Shown piece after piece: positions 19,221-29,316 of a DNA stretch of 64,000 bases; within the stretch, counting starts at the first letter, position 1; each line of letters starts with the position of its first letter. The DNA is from Candidatus Zhuqueibacterota bacterium. GTDB taxonomy: Bacteria; Zhuqueibacterota; Zhuqueibacteria; Thermofontimicrobiales; Thermofontimicrobiaceae. The DNA lies in assembly GCA_049322915.1 (NCBI GenBank), contig JBMOPW010000014.1, forward strand, positions 922,774 through 986,773. Direction: 5' to 3'. Below the pieces are notes generated by a model that was not told where the DNA came from, did no database searches, and saw nothing but the letters and a program-made list of their open reading frames with translations. The translations under genes and the position numbers were made by a program.

Positions 19221-20483
19221 TTATTCTGCCTCGGTTTCGGTTTCGCTGAGCAATGGAAGCAGGATCGGATTGACATCGTACCAGATGTCATCGGCTGCCC
19301 CATATTCGCTGATGCTGAGGTGATTTAATAATTTGATGCCGGTTTCGTTCCGGTCAAAATCTTTCGTCTCCCGAATTTGCGCCAGGTATCTCAATTCGTC
19401 GGTGGTATAGACTGACTTGTAAAATCGACGGATTTTTTCTTCCGCAGAAACCACGGTCTCTTCATCGATGTATTCGTATTTTTCTTTCAAAGATTGAATG
19501 CAGCAATGCCGGACCAGATTGATCAATTCAAACGTTATGCCGCCGCTCAGCTCGATGATCCGCGATAACGCTTCGTCGTAGATCAACCTGTCGTTGAGGC
19601 GCTTTGTTATTATCTCCCGCAATTTCTTCTGCCCGTTATCATCCGGCTCGCCGTACTGGTCGAACGCCGTGAAATTTGGCAGATAATACACCGCGCTGAA
19701 ATTCAAAGCAGCCCGAATGAAATTCGGTTCGTATTTCAAGGCCAGGGGAAAAGTGAATACGGCTGAACACTGCAATTTCGTGAGCAGTAAAAATTTCTCG
19801 ATGAAAATCTCTTTGGCATTGTTCAATGAAATTTTATCCATGTCCGAAACGAGCAGCAGCACGTCTTTTCCGGTCTTTCCTTCCAGTTCCCACACCGTGC
19901 CATTGATATATTCCAGAAGCTCGCTGTTCCCCGGCTTGGACGTCTTTTTGAAAATGTGTTTCAGCGCCCCTTCAAAATCAAGGCCCTTCTTCACAAATTT
20001 TTCGATGAACACCGGATCAATGGTGAGGTCTTTGCCTTTGGCCGAGGTTGTCTGTTCGATGTTCATTTCCCAGCCATACCCGTATTGCATGAATTTTTCG
20101 AGCTTCTCCGTGTAAATCGGGAGCTTGGCGTCTTTGGCGAATTTCGTGATCTGGGTGAGAACGAAAAATAGCAATGCGCCGATATCGACATTGAAATCAG
20201 TGGTGATATCTTTTGCCGAGCAGGAGATGATGTGGAATTGTTTTTTTAAATTCTCCCGCAGCTTGGCCAATTCGGTGCGCTTGCCGCAGCCAGGGGACCC
20301 GGAGAAAAGAAGTTTTGGGAGGTCGTGCGCGTTGGCTAAAAACGCTGTCATCTCATCGATGGGACTGTTCTCGCGCGCCACATAATAATCTTTAATCTCC
20401 TGCTCTTCATTGAGCGACTGAAGCGGATCGAACAGGTTTAACGCATCCTTCATTGTTTTTGCTATCATGTTTTCCTCCGGCAT
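19221..20483 (-). CDS. P-loop NTPase (AAA+/STAND-like) of unknown function
   Basis: Walker A 'GSPGCGKRTE', Walker B-like 'LLLVSDMDK', 'SGG...ELI', C-terminal 'WYDVNPIL'; start may be a few codons downstream. Confidence 0.75.
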   Translation of the reverse strand: MPEENMIAKTMKDALNLFDPLQSLNEEQEIKDYYVARENSPIDEMTAFLANAHDLPKLLFSGSPGCGKRTELAKLRENLKKQFHIISCSAKDITTDFNVDIGALLFFVLTQITKFAKDAKLPIYTEKLEKFMQYGYGWEMNIEQTTSAKGKDLTIDPVFIEKFVKKGLDFEGALKHIFKKTSKPGNSELLEYINGTVWELEGKTGKDVLLLVSDMDKISLNNAKEIFIEKFLLLTKLQCSAVFTFPLALKYEPNFIRAALNFSAVYYLPNFTAFDQYGEPDDNGQKKLREIITKRLNDRLIYDEALSRIIELSGGITFELINLVRHCCIQSLKEKYEYIDEETVVSAEEKIRRFYKSVYTTDELRYLAQIRETKDFDRNETGIKLLNHLSISEYGAADDIWYDVNPILLPLLSETETEAE

Positions 20484-20634
20484 GAAAGGAAATGATTGTA
20501 ATGTGTCGATGGATTGCCACGATGTCGCGCCGCTTCATCGTCCGTGAATGGCCTGTGCCCTCCGGGCTGAACTTTCGAAAAGCAGGGACCGGCGCTGATT
20601 TCACCAACGAGCCGCATGGCGCCGGGGAGGTGCG

Positions 20635-21399
20635 CTACTTCATCATGGAAATCCATTCCAATGGCCAGCGCCAGGTTTTACCGTCTTCAGTTCGGATCAC
20701 AATCCGTCGGGAATTCTTTCGGATCGGCCTCATGACAACGGCGATTTTGCCCTGGTAGCGACCGCCGGAATCGAAGCGGATGATCAGGCTATCTCCGGTG
20801 GCCAGCGACCGGTATTTTTTGTATGGATCAATATATAATCGAGCGGACAGGAACTTTGAGAATCCCGATTTCGATTTTGATCGGACAATTTTTGCGCCCT
20901 GAATTCGGTAGCCCAACTCCGCCGCTCGCCGTAATGCCCAGAGATTAGCGGCATTTTCGCCTTCGCGCGGATGTAAATTCAAATGATACCGGCGAAAATG
21001 ATGGAGCTCGTGTGCGAACAAAAACGCGACATGATCTTCGAGCGAATCGTAACGAAGCTGCCAGCCATAGCTATCAATCTGCTCGATCGGGTAATTCGAA
21101 CGGGCCGTACCCAGATGAAGGCGGATGAGTTTGTACGATTCCGGCAGGTCAGTCGGAGTCATGAATTGCCGGGTGAATTTCCAGCGACCCCGATAGCTCT
21201 GAAATTGGTCTCGTCTCAGCCAGCTTCGTGTAAATGCAATGCCGCCCGTCCATGCCGGGCGTTGTGTAAAATAGGCCGCAACTACAAGATCGTCTGTGGG
21301 CGTGTCACCTGCTATTTGTGCTAAAATATCGGATAACGAATATTTGGTGAATTGAAGTTGGTGTTCCCGGTTTTTATCTGAAAAATAATAAATGTTCAT
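20635..21399 (-). CDS. Hypothetical protein with zincin HExxH motif and C-terminal SH3/KOW-like domain
   Basis: 'FLFAHELHHF...EGENAAN'; C-terminal beta-rich segment 'GDSLIIR...GKIAVV...RIVIRTEDGKTWRWP'. Confidence 0.6.
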   Translation of the reverse strand: MNIYYFSDKNREHQLQFTKYSLSDILAQIAGDTPTDDLVVAAYFTQRPAWTGGIAFTRSWLRRDQFQSYRGRWKFTRQFMTPTDLPESYKLIRLHLGTARSNYPIEQIDSYGWQLRYDSLEDHVAFLFAHELHHFRRYHLNLHPREGENAANLWALRRAAELGYRIQGAKIVRSKSKSGFSKFLSARLYIDPYKKYRSLATGDSLIIRFDSGGRYQGKIAVVMRPIRKNSRRIVIRTEDGKTWRWPLEWISMMK

Positions 21400-21655
21400 A
21401 ACGTCGTGAAGTCGGTATAAAAATATTTTTCAGGTATTTCGTGAAGGCTGCAGATAAGGTTTCAACATAATAAAAATAAATATGAATTGCAAATAGTTTA
21501 TTGCTGCTTTGAAAATTTTATGAAAAAAGTCGGATTGTTGTTGAACAAAACTGAGAGACAATCATGCCATGCCAATTCATCAGGGGAATCGGGCCGCGTC
21601 TTCACCGGCGCAAGCCAGTCCGGGTAAAAAAAATCTGAATCACAAAAAATTATAC

Positions 21656-21684
21656 TTGACAATATGTAAATAATAATTTACATT
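21656..21684 (+). promoter_or_regulatory. Sigma70-type promoter with overlapping palindromic operator
   Basis: TTGACA(21656)-17 bp-TACATT; ATGTAAA-TAATAA-TTTACAT palindrome at 21664-21683. Confidence 0.6.
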
Positions 21685-21900
21685 ATGGCTGTGACATCTC
21701 AGAAAAAGCTGCATCGCTGAAAAGCTGGCGGAAAGGAATCCTCGGGTATTTGCGCATGAAAAAATCCGCTGGTGAAGGACGCTGCGGCCCGCGCCCGGTT
21801 GAGCCGGAGGTGGTGTTGGCCCATTCGCGTCATCCCCGCGCGTAATAAATTCGTTCATCATAAACAAAGGATACATTGTAATCGGGAGGAACAAGCCGTT

Positions 21901-22830
21901 ATGATTTCGAGCAGTATACTAAAAAGCCTCTGGTTGTTGCTGGTCGTGTTGCTTATCATGTTGGGAAATGGGATGCCCTTATTCTGTATTGTCTTTCTGG
22001 CTCTGATTGTGCTGGCAGCGCCGCTGGTTCGGGAGTTTAGCAAGTCAACCAACCTGGATGAGCGGCAGGTCCAGATCAGTCATTTATCCAGCCATATCGC
22101 CTATTTCAGTTATAGCACGCTGGTGGCGTTCGTCCTCTGTTACGAGTGGTTCGTTAAAGCGCAGGGGCCGGTAGTTGAATGGTTCGTCCTGCTCTTTTTG
22201 CCCATGGTTGTTAAAATAATTATTTGCCTGTATCAGAGTTACGGCTTCGTCTCCGGGTTACGCGGATTGATTCACCTGTTTTTCAGAGGCATCATTCCGT
22301 CGAAGCAAGTGGATGAACGCCAGAATCTCATCGGCAATTTCTCGAGCCATATTGCATTTTACGTTTACACGGCAATGGTCGTTTTTTATATCATTTTCAA
22401 ATTCATCGCAGTAAAGACGGAGCCGACCACTGTGTGGCATTTTCTGCTGGTTGTGCCGCTATTGGTCAAATTTTATTCCAGCTTTTTCATGTATTACGGC
22501 GCTGCCCGCGGCGCGCGATACGTCTGTTATTTCATCGCCGGGATTTTTCTGCTGTTCGTGATGCTTTCTCACGGCGCAAGTCTCGGCGCGTTGATCGAGG
22601 CGGCGCCCTTTGCCCTCATGCTGGGCGTGGCCATTCTCTCCCGGCGATACCCCCGGATTGCTGGCATTGTTTTGATCGTGCTGGGAGTGGGTTCTCTGAT
22701 CCTTTTCTCCGGATGGAATCGGTTTGATATCTATTTAAGAATGACGATGTACTCACTGATACCGCTGCCGCTCTTCATCAGTGGAGGCGGCCTTCTTTTT
22801 GTAAGACGAAAATTGAAGGAAGAAGAGTGA
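21901..22830 (+). CDS. Integral membrane protein with internal tandem duplication (DUF2178-like 'DER' motif twice)
   Basis: 'DERQVQISHLSSHIAY' and 'DERQNLIGNFSSHIAF', each followed by 'W..LL..P..VK'; many hydrophobic helices; ATG 21901 after GGGAGG. Confidence 0.75.
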   Translation: MISSSILKSLWLLLVVLLIMLGNGMPLFCIVFLALIVLAAPLVREFSKSTNLDERQVQISHLSSHIAYFSYSTLVAFVLCYEWFVKAQGPVVEWFVLLFLPMVVKIIICLYQSYGFVSGLRGLIHLFFRGIIPSKQVDERQNLIGNFSSHIAFYVYTAMVVFYIIFKFIAVKTEPTTVWHFLLVVPLLVKFYSSFFMYYGAARGARYVCYFIAGIFLLFVMLSHGASLGALIEAAPFALMLGVAILSRRYPRIAGIVLIVLGVGSLILFSGWNRFDIYLRMTMYSLIPLPLFISGGGLLFVRRKLKEEE

Positions 22831-23085
22831 CGCGAATTCATGTGTCGTTAAAAAAACCGGTGATCCAATCGCCCCGGTGAAATGAGTCGCCCGGTCGTCT
22901 TTTTTCGAGCAGGGAACAACACGTGTAGAAATCATTGAATCGGCAAGAACCCATTTCGGGCTGGGAAAAGCAGCATCAAAAAATGCAATCGCTGACTCGG
23001 AGGAGTATATTGTGGGACACAGCCAGATGAAACAATCAGCCATTCAACGGCAGCTTTCATTAACAAAATGTGAGAGGAGAATCAA

Positions 23086-23583
23086 ATGATGAGGCTAAAA
23101 CAGAGTGCGGTGCAGTGTCTCTGTGTGGTTTTACTGGCGAGCGCTGTGGCTGCATCAGGGCCAGCGGCTGGTTCGGACGATACGCATCAGATCAACCTGT
23201 CGTTCACTTTGAGCGGCCATCTCTTATTTGGCATTGGCTATTCGTACGGATTCGAAGCCCACCATTTTGTCCAGGCGACCTGGTTCATCGTGCCTGAAAA
23301 AGGTCTGCCGTTTGCAGTCAATGGCGGTTATAACTATTTTTTCAAAGGCGGCGCGTGGCAACCCAATCTGGGATTGGAAACCGTCATCATCGCAAGCCCG
23401 TCCGGTAGGGTAAAGCGAAAATATTTACCCCTGATCACCCTGGTTCCGGGCATTGGCTATCAGTTTAATGACACCCACGCTGTTAATACCCGTCTCTGGC
23501 TGGCGTATTTCCCGATAAAAGCCCGGAAAAAAGTGGCGCCCATCGGACTCGAATTCAAATATGGTAACTTTATCTCCCGATGA
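23086..23583 (+). CDS. Exported hypothetical protein, probable small outer-membrane beta-barrel
   Basis: Signal peptide, alternating aromatic/Gly beta-strands (GIGYSY, GGYNYFF, GIGYQF, GLEFKY); AGGAG RBS. Confidence 0.6.
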   Translation: MMRLKQSAVQCLCVVLLASAVAASGPAAGSDDTHQINLSFTLSGHLLFGIGYSYGFEAHHFVQATWFIVPEKGLPFAVNGGYNYFFKGGAWQPNLGLETVIIASPSGRVKRKYLPLITLVPGIGYQFNDTHAVNTRLWLAYFPIKARKKVAPIGLEFKYGNFISR

Positions 23584-24022
23584 TGACTTATACCATTTAA
23601 ACTTTTATGTGGCATTGATAGCTATCTGTTCCGTATCATCGCTGAATATCAGCCACTAAGACGCGAAGCCGCTAAGAGAGTAAAATACAAACAACGTGTA
23701 CCGAATAATTCTTCTTGTTGAATTCATTTTCAGTCATGAATTACTTACTGCTCGAGGCAGGCTTGGTGTCCTGGCGCCATTGAGGCAAATAAATGATGCA
23801 ATGAAGATTTCCAGATGCAAAATTCATCGGTATGCCATTCAAAAGTTAACATGATAATATAATTCCAGTAGAATTGAGTGAATGAAGTCGAACGGCTGCA
23901 AGGCCTGGCGACGAACACATCGCAGCGGGATTTGCTGTGCCTGTCCCGACGTTGGATTGCCCTCGCTCCGTCGGCCATTCATTTTGAAATTCGCGGCGCG
24001 ATTCATAACGTGTGAGGCAGTC

Positions 24023-25309
24023 ATGACGAAACGATTAAAATTTCCTCCTGTATTCTGGGTGGCCAATCTCATTGAAGTGCTGGAGCGCTTCGCGTATTAC
24101 GGCATCTATTTCGGCTTCGGCATTTACATGGAATATCTGGGATATTCGAAAGCTCAGTTAGGGATTATCCAGAGCCTGTTCCTTTTTCTTTCCTACACCA
24201 TTCCCATCATTTCAGGCACGCTGGCAGATCGGTACGGGTTTAAACGGGCGCTGATTGTCTCCTACCTGGCCTACTTGCCTTCGATCCTGTTTTTGATTTT
24301 CACCCGATCATTTTCAGGAATTGCGCTGACGATGTTGAGCATCGGATTCGCCGCAGGGATTTTTAAGCCGCTCATCTCTGGGACGGTCCGCACGGTGACG
24401 GACAAAACCAATAAAACACTCGGCTACGGAATATTCTATGCCATGGTCAATGTGGGCGCGTCGTTCGGGCCTGTCATTGCCGGCAAGCTGCGCGCCATTT
24501 CCTGGAATTACGCCTTTCTGGCCGCGGCTATTTCCATCGGATTGATGCTGGTGATCACTATTCTGTTTTACCGGGAGCCGAAGCGGGAGATCGAAGGATT
24601 GACGCTCACGCAGAAATTCAAAGATATCGGCGCTGTCCTCTCCGATGCAAGGTTCACTGTTTTTCTTGTCATCCTCGGCGTGTGTTTCTGGTTCCCCTTC
24701 TGGGCGTTCTTCAATTTACTGGCCATCTACATTGACAGAAACCTTGATACGGCCCAGTTGTATCTCGCGTTGAAGTCCGTATTGGGGACGTCGTTCGCCA
24801 ATTTCTTCTCTCGCGTGGATGAATCGCAAACCCATCGGATTCTGGGAGAGACAATCGCCCACACCGGCTATATCATCATGGTCTTTCAGGTTTTCGTGTC
24901 CCGGATCGCCGAGAAATTCAAAGCCATTCCGATATTTCTTTCCGGTCTAGGCCTTGTCGCTACCGGCTTTTTACTGATCGGTTACGCGCACACCGCTCCG
25001 GCCGCATGGGTGTTTCTGGGCATTTTCCTGTTCGCCATTGGTGAAATGGTTTCGTCTCCGCGAATTCAGGAATATATCATGTGGCTCGCGCCCAAAGAAA
25101 AGGCTGGGCTGTACATGGGCACCAACTTCCTGGCGATGGGCATTGGCGGCGGACTCAGTGGCCTTTACACCACGCTGTACGGTCATTTTCGGAATGCGGA
25201 TCATCCCGAATACATCTGGTTCGTGCTGGCTGCGAATATGTTGATAGGGGCGCTGGTCATTCATTTTTACACCAGAAGCGTGGGACATTTCGTAGAATTG
25301 GATGAATAA
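24023..25309 (+). CDS. MFS transporter, POT/peptide-transporter-like
   Basis: 'EVLERFAYYG' (ExxER-type motif), 'GTLADRYGFKR', 'YAMVNVG', 'GEMVSSP'; start placed at ATG 24023. Confidence 0.88.
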   Translation: MTKRLKFPPVFWVANLIEVLERFAYYGIYFGFGIYMEYLGYSKAQLGIIQSLFLFLSYTIPIISGTLADRYGFKRALIVSYLAYLPSILFLIFTRSFSGIALTMLSIGFAAGIFKPLISGTVRTVTDKTNKTLGYGIFYAMVNVGASFGPVIAGKLRAISWNYAFLAAAISIGLMLVITILFYREPKREIEGLTLTQKFKDIGAVLSDARFTVFLVILGVCFWFPFWAFFNLLAIYIDRNLDTAQLYLALKSVLGTSFANFFSRVDESQTHRILGETIAHTGYIIMVFQVFVSRIAEKFKAIPIFLSGLGLVATGFLLIGYAHTAPAAWVFLGIFLFAIGEMVSSPRIQEYIMWLAPKEKAGLYMGTNFLAMGIGGGLSGLYTTLYGHFRNADHPEYIWFVLAANMLIGALVIHFYTRSVGHFVELDE

Positions 25310-25336
25310 TCCGTACCTTCACATCATGCTCATTTT

Positions 25337-25370
25337 AAAGACTCCCTTGTTACCGGGAGTCTTTTTTTTT
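25337..25370 (+). terminator. Intrinsic terminator after MFS gene
   Basis: AAAGACTCCC-TTGTTACC-GGGAGTCTTTTTTTTT. Confidence 0.85.
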
Positions 25371-25536
25371 CAGGCGAATTCCAAATGCCTGGAAGCCCAT
25401 GACAGTGCATCGCGGATGTCGGTTCGCGTGGCTGAACAGTCCTGTATTATGCGCAGTTCATGGCGCTCCCAGTCCGCTGATTATTATTTCGAAACTGTTT
25501 AATCATTTGTAGTACGCAGGGCTTGACAACCGATCG

Positions 25537-25646
25537 TTCGGGATATTCATCCCGAATTTGGACTTTGGATATTTTAAAGGGTTCGGGATATTCATCCCGA
25601 ATTTGGACTTTGGACATTTTAAAGGATTCGGGATATTCATCTCGAA
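25537..25646. repeat. 45-bp tandem repeat (about 2.4 units), each carrying a 20-bp hairpin
   Basis: TTCGGGAT-ATTC-ATCCCGAA at 25537, 25582 and 25627 (third copy has one mismatch), separated by near-identical 25-bp linkers. Confidence 0.9.
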
Positions 25647-25965
25647 CGATTAACAATCTATCTCCCGCGCTGGACAGCTATCCGGCGCGATCATGCTATT
25701 CAAGTTTCTTGAAAGTCACATAATTTCGTGTGTAACATTTTCAGAATTACGCTGTAAAATAATTTAGCTCACTCGAAAAACCAACGCCCTTTATTTTCAG
25801 GCCGAAGTTCTGGTGAGCGAAATCAGCACGAGAATGATGTGGATTTCCGACGCGGCGATACAAAGCAGCGAGCCCTGAACAGGTCTCATGCCGGGTTCGA
25901 AATCCTTCGTGTTCACCAAATGTAATTTACGGGCGAGCGAACACCTTTAAATTTTCGGAGGAGTT

Positions 25966-28900
25966 ATGAAACGATTGATTTTTCAGAGCATTGTCTGGGG
26001 GCTGTGCCTGTTTTCATCGGTGTATCTTTTCGCTCAGGAGGTGAAAATTCTGGTGGTGATGCCGCAGAACTTCGGAGCGAATTATAATTTCAACATTGAA
26101 GATTTTGATGAATACGGCTGGAGCATCACGCTGACGGGCGTTGCGCCGGTGATTCAGCCCTGTCAGGCATTCGGGACAATATTTGCAGGCTGTACAGCGG
26201 TGACGGTGGATACGCTGATTTCAGAAATTGCCGATGTCACTGATTTTGATTGCGTCGCCATTATGCCAGCGGAATGGCGCAGCGGCAATCCCTACTCGGA
26301 TTTGCTCGCAAGTCCCGATGCGATCCATCTGATCAAAACCGCTGCGGATTCCGGCGTGGTGGTCTGGACGACCTGCGCCGGTGCGCGCGTACTGGCAGCG
26401 GCGGACGTGATACGCGGGAAACGCGTGGTCACTCAGGATGCGTTTCGCAGCGAAATCGAAGCGGCCGGAGGTATATTTGTGAGCAGCGACCATGCCCCGG
26501 TCACGGAGGGAAACATCATCACAACGGTGCGGGGCCAGTATTATCATGTCCATAATAATCAGGCCATTGCCACGGCGCTTGAGGAGAGACTTCGCGTCAA
26601 CGGCCCGGCGAGCAAAAAATTCACTGCCGCTGCGAACACCATCAGTTCCGATGTGCAACTGCGCGGCGCTCTCTGGGCTAAAACCTACGGCGGCGTTAAC
26701 GCCGATGCCGGCCGGGCTATCTGCGAGACTACGGACGGCGGATTTGTCATCGCCGGCTTCACGTATTCATTGGGACAGGGCTACGCAGATGCGTACGTAC
26801 TCAAAGTGGACGCGCAAGGAAATCGGCAATGGGAGAAGACGTTCGGAGGATCCAGTTGGGAATATGCTTACAGCGTCGTTCAAACCCGGGATCGCGGATT
26901 CGTGATTGCCGGATATACCGCCTCGTTCGGGGCCGGTTCCAAGGATGTGTTTGTGATAAAACTCAGCGAAACCGGCGAAATGCAATGGGAAAAGACATTC
27001 GGCGGCGCCGACAGCGATGTCGGAAAAGCGGTCTGCGAACTGCCCGATGGATCGCTGCTGGTCGCCGGGTACACTGAGTCCGCAGGGGCCGGAGAAGAAG
27101 ATGTCTACGCGATCAAATTGAATTCGGCCGGGGACGAGTTGTGGTCAAAAACATTTGGCCGAAATCGGTCTGAAATGGGCGCTGCCTGTTGCTGCACGGC
27201 CGATGGCAACATCGTGATCGCCGGGTCCACGGGCACAGAACCATTCAGCAGCGGCAATATGGATTACTATCTTTTCAAAATAGATCCGGCTGGAAATGTG
27301 CTCTGGGAGAAGGCGTTTGGGAATACCATTTCAGCGCATCCCTATGACTGGGCAAATGCCGTTGCCGAAACCCGGGACGGCAGTTTCGTCATGGCCGGCA
27401 ATAGCGACATCCGCTCGCCCCTCGATGCCTACGCAGTCAGCGCCGATGGGGATGGCGCGATGCTCTGGCAGCAACATTACGGGGAACGATTTTATGATTA
27501 TGCAAATTCGATTGAGCAGACGACAGACGGCGGCTTTCTGATCTGCGGCGCGCAGAAAGATAATCAGACTGAAGATAAAAATATGTCCGTCATTAAAACC
27601 GATTCCAGCGGCAATGAAATCTGGCGCAAGACGTTTGGCGGCGATGGAGCGGATTGGGCGAGCGATTTTTGCCAGACATCGGATGGCTGCTACGTGATTG
27701 TCGGTCATACAAAATCGTTCGGCGCCGGCAATTTTGATGTGTTCCTGATAAAAATTTCCAGCCTGTTCCCACGGTTTAATGCTGCGCCGACATCAGGTCA
27801 TGCCCCTTTGTCCGTAGATTTCGGGGATATGTCGCTGGGTGAAATCACGGGCTGGCAGTGGGACTTTGACAGCGATGGCATCACGGATTCCGAAGCGCCG
27901 GGCCCGTCGTGGATTTACAACGCGCCGGGCAATTACGATGTCACGCTCCTGATTCGCAATGCCACCCAGGCGGATACAGTCGTCAGTAAAAATCTGATTC
28001 AGGTTTTTGATGGCCACAGCGCGCTGGTATTCAATGGCAGCAGTTCGAAAATCGTCTGTCCGGCCTCGGCATCTCTCAATATCACCGAAAATCTTACCGC
28101 CGAAGCCTGGATTTATCCAGAAAATTGGGGGCCAAATTCCATGATTGGATTTGGGCGAATTGTGGAAAAGCAGCAGTTTTCACTGTACCTGATCGATTCC
28201 AGTCCGGCGTTCAATGACCATTGCCTGGCGTTGCAGCTCCTTCATGCCGGCGGCGCGCGCAGTATTTCCATGACCCCGGATAGTTCCATTCAGCTTAATA
28301 CGTGGCAGCACATTGCCGTGACGTACGCCGGCAATGGCAGCGAAGTGAAAATGTACATCAATGGCATTGAGCAGCCGATCAAATTTACCTCGGCCCCGGC
28401 CGGACTCATTGCGGACAATAGCGGGTATGATTTGATCATCGGCAATAACGCTGCCAATGGCTACGGCTTCAAAGGGACGATTGATGAAGTGCGGCTTTGG
28501 AATGCGGCGCTCTCCACGCAGCAGATTTTTGAAGCGATGGACGGCCACTACTGCGCCGGCAAAGCCGGCATGGTCGGTTGCTGGGGAATGGATGAGGGCA
28601 GCGGCGCTGTGGTGCTTGATGTTTCGAATTGCCGGAATGATGGCGCCATTGCGGACGCTGTCTGGTGTCAGGGACTGTCCCTGGTTCCCACGTCTGCCAG
28701 GGCAGGGACCACAGCCGCGACTCCGGATCATTTCCTGCTCTATGATAATTACCCCAATCCATTCAATCCGGAGACGATGATCCGCTTTTTTCTGCCGGAA
28801 GCATCGCCGGTGAAAATTGTCATCTACAGCGTGACCGGGGCCCGCGTCAGTACGCTGATGGATGCTCGCTGCGAAGCCGGTTTTCATGAATTGACCTGGA

Positions 28901-29007
28901 ATGGCACGGACGCCCGCGGCAATTCAATGAGCAGTGGCGTGTATTTTTACAAACTCACGGGTCATGCCGGCGCATCGTCTGTGAAAAAAATGTTGCTCCT
29001 CAAATAA
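25966..29007 (+). CDS. Secreted multidomain protein: DJ-1/PfpI + beta-propeller repeats + PKD + LamG + FlgD-Ig/T9SS-like CTD
   Basis: Signal peptide; 'TCAGARVLAAAD..GKRV' DJ-1 nucleophile region; repeated 'W.KTFGG...D.G..V..T.DGGF.IAG'; 'WQWDFDSDG' PKD; 'WQHIAVTY...IDEVRLWN' LamG; 'NYPNPFN'. Confidence 0.85.
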   Translation: MKRLIFQSIVWGLCLFSSVYLFAQEVKILVVMPQNFGANYNFNIEDFDEYGWSITLTGVAPVIQPCQAFGTIFAGCTAVTVDTLISEIADVTDFDCVAIMPAEWRSGNPYSDLLASPDAIHLIKTAADSGVVVWTTCAGARVLAAADVIRGKRVVTQDAFRSEIEAAGGIFVSSDHAPVTEGNIITTVRGQYYHVHNNQAIATALEERLRVNGPASKKFTAAANTISSDVQLRGALWAKTYGGVNADAGRAICETTDGGFVIAGFTYSLGQGYADAYVLKVDAQGNRQWEKTFGGSSWEYAYSVVQTRDRGFVIAGYTASFGAGSKDVFVIKLSETGEMQWEKTFGGADSDVGKAVCELPDGSLLVAGYTESAGAGEEDVYAIKLNSAGDELWSKTFGRNRSEMGAACCCTADGNIVIAGSTGTEPFSSGNMDYYLFKIDPAGNVLWEKAFGNTISAHPYDWANAVAETRDGSFVMAGNSDIRSPLDAYAVSADGDGAMLWQQHYGERFYDYANSIEQTTDGGFLICGAQKDNQTEDKNMSVIKTDSSGNEIWRKTFGGDGADWASDFCQTSDGCYVIVGHTKSFGAGNFDVFLIKISSLFPRFNAAPTSGHAPLSVDFGDMSLGEITGWQWDFDSDGITDSEAPGPSWIYNAPGNYDVTLLIRNATQADTVVSKNLIQVFDGHSALVFNGSSSKIVCPASASLNITENLTAEAWIYPENWGPNSMIGFGRIVEKQQFSLYLIDSSPAFNDHCLALQLLHAGGARSISMTPDSSIQLNTWQHIAVTYAGNGSEVKMYINGIEQPIKFTSAPAGLIADNSGYDLIIGNNAANGYGFKGTIDEVRLWNAALSTQQIFEAMDGHYCAGKAGMVGCWGMDEGSGAVVLDVSNCRNDGAIADAVWCQGLSLVPTSARAGTTAATPDHFLLYDNYPNPFNPETMIRFFLPEASPVKIVIYSVTGARVSTLMDARCEAGFHELTWNGTDARGNSMSSGVYFYKLTGHAGASSVKKMLLLK

Positions 29008-29316
29008 TCCGAACGTCCCCCGGATGCAATCTTCCAACCGAAACACAGAGGTCGTTTGGCGCAGCAATTCAAACGAAAGTCCCTGGCGTCACGACTGAAA
29101 TTCAGGCGTGTTTGTTTTGCTGCCACGGATTCTGAGCCTGGCCAATGACGCGAATCCGCACGCATCGGCGATGGCAAAAGTCACCGGCGGAAATCCTTTT
29201 CCAACTTTTACACTATTATTCCCGCAAGCATTCAACGTTTTCACCCACATTGCCCGGTCGCTGCCTCCCTGAGGGAAAAGCGATCCCGGGGTCATTGCAG
29301 AGAAAAAAATTTTTCC

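Noticed and set aside
25537..25646. CRISPR array
   Set aside because: Only three 20-bp units, spacers are near-identical rather than unique, and no cas genes are in the window.
25890..25910. tRNA-like GGGTTCGAAATCC T-arm
   Set aside because: No D-arm, anticodon arm or acceptor stem could be folded around it.
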